64,000 bases of DNA from a virus: IMG/VR virus record IMGVR_UViG_3300027747_000004, positions 1 to 64,000 of that record; one strand, given 5' to 3'. Positions 58,747 to 64,000 of the stretch are shown here, piece after piece. The position numbers and the translations under genes were made by a program. The notes beneath the pieces were generated by a model. The model ran no database searches. It saw only the letters and a list, made by a program, of their open reading frames with translations, and was not told where the DNA came from. The stretch's first letter is position 1; each line of letters starts with the position of its first letter.

Positions 58747-59805
58747 ATGTCAACAAGCGGTACTGTTGGGCAAACTGTAATCACTGTACAAAATCTTATT
58801 GACAGTGGTGCTCGTCGTGCAGGAAAGCTTGCTGAAGAGCTTACGTCTGAGCAAATACAGGCGTCCAAGCAAAGCTTGTACTACCTACTGTCAAATCTTG
58901 TTAATCGCGGCATTCAATATTGGTGCATCCAAAAAGTAGTGCTGGGCTTAGTGCCTGACAAATACATTTATGATATGCCTGTTGGTGTCAATGACATCTT
59001 AAACTCAAATTACCGCACACTTACTGCAAACACATCAGGCGGGTACAGCTCTTCAGGTAATTCAGCCAACGTATTTGATGGGCAATACACAAATATTTGC
59101 CAACTTAGCAGCAATACAGGCGTTATTGGCATCAACAATGGCTCTGGAAGCCCGGTCTACGTGGGCTCCGTGGGTATCCTACCAGCCGTGTCGGGTTCTG
59201 TGACTCTGAGTGTGCAATACTCGCTTGATAATAGCACTTGGGTAACACTTTACAGCCCTGGCGCCACTACTTGGGTTGCGGGCACATGGGTTTACTACGA
59301 CTTGGACCCGTCTGCGTCTGCGCCATATTGGAGAATTCAGCAAACTGCCGGCGTAAACATGGGTGTGTACCAAGTTGTGTTTGGGTCTAACGCAACTGAA
59401 ATCCCACTTGCACGCTTGAATCGTGATGACTACACGAACTTGCCCAACAAAAACTTTTTGAACAACTACCCGCTGCAATATTGGTTTGATCGTACTATTC
59501 CGCAGCCGTCCATGTACTTATGGCCAACACCAAATACCTACGCACCTCAGATTGTGGCGTGGTGTTCATACTATGTGCAGGATGTAGGTAACCTCTCAGG
59601 TTCAATCCAAATACCCCAGCGATGGTATCTGGCCATCCAGAATATGCTTGCGCACCAGATGGCCATGGAGCTACCTGGCGTTGATGCAGCACGAATTCAA
59701 TATTGCGAAAATCAGGCTGAAAAGTACTGGATGCAAGCAGAGCAAGAAGAACGTGACAAGTCGCCAATTTATTTTGCGCCTAACATTAGTGTGTACACAC
59801 GATGA
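58747..59805 (+). CDS. head-tail adaptor-like protein (homologue of 2593-3666)
   Basis: shared 'SGTVGQTVI', 'ARLNRDDYTNLPNKNF', 'ERDKSPIY.APNISVY'. Confidence 0.7.
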   Translation: MSTSGTVGQTVITVQNLIDSGARRAGKLAEELTSEQIQASKQSLYYLLSNLVNRGIQYWCIQKVVLGLVPDKYIYDMPVGVNDILNSNYRTLTANTSGGYSSSGNSANVFDGQYTNICQLSSNTGVIGINNGSGSPVYVGSVGILPAVSGSVTLSVQYSLDNSTWVTLYSPGATTWVAGTWVYYDLDPSASAPYWRIQQTAGVNMGVYQVVFGSNATEIPLARLNRDDYTNLPNKNFLNNYPLQYWFDRTIPQPSMYLWPTPNTYAPQIVAWCSYYVQDVGNLSGSIQIPQRWYLAIQNMLAHQMAMELPGVDAARIQYCENQAEKYWMQAEQEERDKSPIYFAPNISVYTR

Positions 59806-60173
59806 GCAAATGGCTTGATACTTTAGGTAATGCTGTATTGTCGATTGCTATTTGCGATCGATGCAAGATGAAGCGCGCCTACAGTGACATGTCGCAAGAT
59901 AGAAACATTCCGGGTTTACGTGTATGCAATCAAGGCTGCAATGACGAGCGTGACCCATACCGCTTACCTGCACGACAGCCTGAAAAGATTGCTATTCGCT
60001 TCCCACGTCCTGACGAAGATGTTGCAGAAGTTGATAACGCGCTGACCACTGACCCTAATGTTGTAACCAACTTAAATCAAACTATTACACACACAACGGC
60101 AGGTGAGTATGGCATTGCACCTGAGACGTCGCAAAACCCGATTGATGGCAACCTTGACAATTTGAGCCCATAA
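59802..60173 (+). CDS. CxxC protein (homologue of 3669-4016)
   Basis: 'CDRCKMKRA', 'DPYRL.ARQ', 'GNLD'. Confidence 0.7.
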   Translation: MSKWLDTLGNAVLSIAICDRCKMKRAYSDMSQDRNIPGLRVCNQGCNDERDPYRLPARQPEKIAIRFPRPDEDVAEVDNALTTDPNVVTNLNQTITHTTAGEYGIAPETSQNPIDGNLDNLSP

Positions 60174-60541
60174 TGCCATACAACAATAATTTATTTGTTC
60201 CGCGTGCAAAGTATCAAACATTTACCCCAATGTTTTTGGGGCAAGCTGCCCTAACCACGTCTGCTGCTGTAATTTATCTTGCGCCTGTGCAGGCGTTGAC
60301 AGCCATTCGTGACATTGTAGTTGTTAATACTTCAGGTTCAACGGCAACACTTAACTTGTATATTGTCTCGCCTGTTGCAACAGCAGGCACAAGCAATGCA
60401 ATTTATTACGGGTATTCACTTACTGCAGGGCAAACGTTATGCTGGACAGGTGAGCAAATACTTGCAGGATTGTGGACTTTACAAGGCAGTGCATCAGCAA
60501 CAGGTCTTACTGTTACAGTCAGCGGTGGGATGTATATATAA
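60173..60541 (+). CDS. small beta-sandwich virion protein with no counterpart in the first copy
   Basis: TAATG coupling; 'IVVVNTSG...LNLYIV...LTAGQT'. Confidence 0.6.
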   Translation: MPYNNNLFVPRAKYQTFTPMFLGQAALTTSAAVIYLAPVQALTAIRDIVVVNTSGSTATLNLYIVSPVATAGTSNAIYYGYSLTAGQTLCWTGEQILAGLWTLQGSASATGLTVTVSGGMYI

Positions 60542-60575
60542 CTGTAACTTAGCAATATAAAATACCGGTACAAGT

Positions 60576-63500
60576 ATGGCAAACATTCGTATATCGCAAC
60601 TACCCGCAGCAACTACACTTGCTGGTACAGAGTCCGTGCCAATTGTGCAGAATGGGGTCACAGTTCAAACCACGGTGGGGGCAATTGCGAACGCATATTC
60701 GCAGACACAAACCTATGTAACCGTTAATCAAGAATCAAGCCTAGCCAACAGCCAAGTGCTCACAGCGGGCGATGGGATAAATGTTACCGCCAGCGTCCCT
60801 CAAGGAAACATCAAAGTATCCTTGAAAAATTCTGGTGTGTCTGCTGGCAGCTTCACCAATGCCAATGTAACGGTTGATCAATATGGTCGCGTTACTGCGG
60901 CATCAAATGGTGCTAGCAGTGGAACGGGAACGGTAACCTCTGTTGCGCTTACTGCTCCATCGTTCTTGTCGGTAACCGGAAGCCCAATTACCAGCAATGG
61001 AACATTGGGATTAAGCTATTCTGGAACTGCTTTGCCTGTGGCAAATGGTGGCACAGGAGTTACAACGTCTACAGGTTCTGGCAATACTGTTTTGTCTACC
61101 TCGCCAACATTGGTTACGCCAAATCTTGGTATTCCAGCATCAGTAACATTGACAAATGCTACGGGTTTGCCTTTGTCAACTGGTGTTACTGGAACTTTGC
61201 CAATTGCAAATGGTGGAACAGGTACAACTACGCCTTCTTTGGTAGCTGGTACAAACGTCACCATTACCGGCTCTTGGCCAAATCAAACCATTAACTCTAC
61301 TGGAGGCGGTGGTAGCGGCACCGTAACTTCTGTTGCTGCAACTGTTCCTTCTTTCTTGTCGGTTACTGGTAGCCCCATTACGACAAGTGGAACTTTGGGT
61401 ATTGGATATTCCAGTACTGCACTCCCTGTTGCAAATGGTGGTACAGGAGCAACGTCAGCATCTGCGGCACAAGCAAACTTGATGGGGTTTACAACTACTG
61501 CAACCGCAGCAGGAACTACTACATTAACAAATACAAGTAGTTATTATCAAGTATTTACTGGCACAAGTAATCAAAATATAAAACTTCCTTTAACATCAAC
61601 ATTAACACTTGGCTGGTCATTTTTTATTTTTAACGCAACTACCAATGGAAATTTAACTGTTCGTAGTTCAACTAATATTGTAATTACAGTACTTATCCCT
61701 AACATGGGTGTAATTGTTACTTGTAAAAGTACAACAATAACAACTGAGGCAGCATGGTATTATGTTTTTACTGGAACAAATGATTATGCCGGTAGCGGTG
61801 CTATGGTCTTGCAAAATGGGCCTTCTTTGATTAATGCAGATTTAGGTACGCCATCTGCAGCAGTTCTTACAAATGCTACAGGACTTCCCTTAAGTACGGG
61901 AGTAACAGGTACATTACCTGTTGCAAATGGCGGTACAGGTTCGACCTCCACACAATTTGTTAACCTAGCTTCCAATGTCACAGGCACTTTGCCAATTGCA
62001 AATGGAGGCACAGGATCAACTTCAACAACTTTTGTAAATCTTGCTTCCAATGTCACTGGAACTTTACCTGTGGCAAATGGCGGAACAGGCATCGCCACGC
62101 TGACGGCTAATTACATCCCATATGGCAATGGTACCAGTGCCTTTGCATCTTCTTCTGGGTTCACTTACAACCCCACCACCACCACGCTGACAGCGCCTGT
62201 GCTGATCGTAAATTCAACCACCAGCACAACACCCAATTTGACGTTTAACGCCAGCAATTCGGGCTTTACTTCTGGCGCAGCGGTGTCTGGCAGTTACTTG
62301 CAGACCGTCATTCAAAACAGTAGTGGCACGGCAGGCGCGTCCACCAACTACGTCTTGAGCAATGACTTGGGCACCGACTCCACCTACTATGGTGAGTTTG
62401 GCATGAACTCGTCGGTGTACTCAGGTGCAAGCATCCCTGCTGACTTTTTCAGCATCAACAATGGCCTGTACTTTTCGGGCCACGATGGAGACATCACCGT
62501 AGGCTCTGGCAACGGCTTCAAGACCTACCTTGCGTGGGGCGCAACTGGTGGCTCTGCCCACGTTATCAATGCCTCTGGTGCTATTGGTTTGAACACCAAT
62601 TTGGCGGCTGGAGCAGGATCAGGCACAACCAACTTTGGCACTGCGGGTTATGTGATGACCAGCGCAGGCAATGCCGCCACCCCCACTTGGTCGCAAGTCA
62701 GTTTATCTGCTGGTGTCACTGGAACATTACCACTAGCAAATGGCGGTACAGGCAAAACAACAGCACCTGCTGCACAAGCCAACTTGTTGGGCTACACGGC
62801 TACTTCTACCACCGCCCTCGCAACCACTGCCGCGACTGGCTCTGCTGGTACAGCCACCTTGACTTTTGCAGTGCAAGCTTCAGCGCCCTATGCTCTTGGC
62901 TCATATATTTCCGTTCAAGGTGTAACGCCTACGGGGTATAACGGCTATTACCAAGTAACTGGATGCACGACCACTACCGTTTCTTACACCAACGCAACCA
63001 CTGGCGCTCAAACTGTTGCTGGAAGTATTTCTCCAACAACAACGCTTACCAATACAAGCAGTTTTTATCAATATTGCACCTCAACATTGCAGGGTTCATA
63101 TGTATTGCCTGATACATCAACTTTACAAGCTGGTTGGGCATTTAGAATTTCTGCGGTAGGGGTTTCTACATACGTATATAGTTTAAGCGGAGCCTTAGTA
63201 GCAGGCATTACATCAAGTACATCATATTATTTTGTATGTATTGATACCACTGTAAATACTGCTGCTGCTTGGAGGAGTGAGATTACATCGACTGCTGGAT
63301 TTACTGGCTCCGGAAGCATGGTGCTTTCTAGTGGCCCGACTATTACTGGTACTCTTAACTTTACTGGTTCTACAACCAATTCAGCAAATATTGGTACAGC
63401 AATAACAACTGGTTTAATTACAGTTGGCGGCACTGCCGGTTTAGGTTTAATTAACATTGGTCGAGCAACAACCTCCCAGCCAATTCAAATTGGTTCAGGT

Positions 63501-64000
63501 GTCACCGCCTCCTCAACAACTGCATCAGGCACGGCCAGTTCAATCACAACTACTGTATTGACCGTTGGCGGTACTGTAACTGGCACGTTCTCGATTGGTA
63601 TGGCATTGTCGGGCACAGGCGTGTTGCCGGGTACATACATCATCAGCTTGGGTACGGGTGCAGGCGGTGCAGGTACATACAACATAAACCAAACCCAGAC
63701 CGTAACATCGACCACCATTACAGGCACAACCCAGAAGTCCATTGATATTGGAACGGGCGGAGCATCGGGCTCCATCACGGCCATCACGCTTGGCTCTGCT
63801 ACATCTGGCGCTACGTCAACGACTACGATCAATGGAGCATTGAACTACGCTGTTAATGCAGTGACCGTAACATCCAATGCTGGAACTGTCCCCGTTGGAT
63901 ACAAGGTAAATAACTTCACAAATAGTTCAGCCGCAACAATGGCTATTACTATGGCGGTTACAGGTGCTGTTGATGGGCAAATGACTATTGTTCGTATCTA
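60576..64000 (+). CDS. long tail fibre, 3'-truncated (homologue of 4016-5785; absent from the ORF track)
   Basis: MANIRISQLPAATTLAGTESVPIVQNG...; frame spot-checked at 61020, 61920, 62700, 63540 and 63960; GTLP.ANGGTG repeats. Confidence 0.8.
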   Translation, partial: MANIRISQLPAATTLAGTESVPIVQNGVTVQTTVGAIANAYSQTQTYVTVNQESSLANSQVLTAGDGINVTASVPQGNIKVSLKNSGVSAGSFTNANVTVDQYGRVTAASNGASSGTGTVTSVALTAPSFLSVTGSPITSNGTLGLSYSGTALPVANGGTGVTTSTGSGNTVLSTSPTLVTPNLGIPASVTLTNATGLPLSTGVTGTLPIANGGTGTTTPSLVAGTNVTITGSWPNQTINSTGGGGSGTVTSVAATVPSFLSVTGSPITTSGTLGIGYSSTALPVANGGTGATSASAAQANLMGFTTTATAAGTTTLTNTSSYYQVFTGTSNQNIKLPLTSTLTLGWSFFIFNATTNGNLTVRSSTNIVITVLIPNMGVIVTCKSTTITTEAAWYYVFTGTNDYAGSGAMVLQNGPSLINADLGTPSAAVLTNATGLPLSTGVTGTLPVANGGTGSTSTQFVNLASNVTGTLPIANGGTGSTSTTFVNLASNVTGTLPVANGGTGIATLTANYIPYGNGTSAFASSSGFTYNPTTTTLTAPVLIVNSTTSTTPNLTFNASNSGFTSGAAVSGSYLQTVIQNSSGTAGASTNYVLSNDLGTDSTYYGEFGMNSSVYSGASIPADFFSINNGLYFSGHDGDITVGSGNGFKTYLAWGATGGSAHVINASGAIGLNTNLAAGAGSGTTNFGTAGYVMTSAGNAATPTWSQVSLSAGVTGTLPLANGGTGKTTAPAAQANLLGYTATSTTALATTAATGSAGTATLTFAVQASAPYALGSYISVQGVTPTGYNGYYQVTGCTTTTVSYTNATTGAQTVAGSISPTTTLTNTSSFYQYCTSTLQGSYVLPDTSTLQAGWAFRISAVGVSTYVYSLSGALVAGITSSTSYYFVCIDTTVNTAAAWRSEITSTAGFTGSGSMVLSSGPTITGTLNFTGSTTNSANIGTAITTGLITVGGTAGLGLINIGRATTSQPIQIGSGVTASSTTASGTASSITTTVLTVGGTVTGTFSIGMALSGTGVLPGTYIISLGTGAGGAGTYNINQTQTVTSTTITGTTQKSIDIGTGGASGSITAITLGSATSGATSTTTINGALNYAVNAVTVTSNAGTVPVGYKVNNFTNSSAATMAITMAVTGAVDGQMTIVRI

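Larger units (their letters stand above)
56388..62700 (+). repeat. diverged, mosaic second copy of window 1-~5300
   Basis: position 1 equals 56388; near-identical for about 310 bp and at the gene end; homologous gene order follows. Confidence 0.9.

Overview
The window holds one essentially complete ~56.4-kb tailed-phage genome unit (podovirus-like, apparently lytic: no integrase or CI-type repressor recognised), followed by the start of a second, diverged copy of the same structural region (1-~5300 recurs at 56388-~62700). Modules: tail, lysis and ejection genes (1-21624, +); APSE-type replication genes (21719-29614, -: SNF2 helicase, Mom-like DNA modifier, VRR-NUC, family A polymerase, DUF2815 SSB, DUF2800 nuclease); early genes with a primase-helicase and an iteron/palindrome origin candidate (29785-37948, +); packaging and head genes (37991-55517, +). 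The most striking signal is a short motif, [FYMLK]-[AKD]-x-G-G, present about 30 times in 7 late ORFs. It marks the domain boundaries of two ~1000-aa multi-enzyme proteins lying between terL and portal (ADP-ribosyltransferase-like, HhH glycosylase-like and GNAT-like modules), punctuates a basic 518-aa protein, and precedes a conserved 'SD..A.L..GEYV' domain in an ejection protein. I propose a di-glycine-tagged polyprotein processing or virion-loading system with swappable effector cassettes. Several candidate structured RNA and regulatory elements are also visible. All family assignments come from motif recognition by eye, not database searches.
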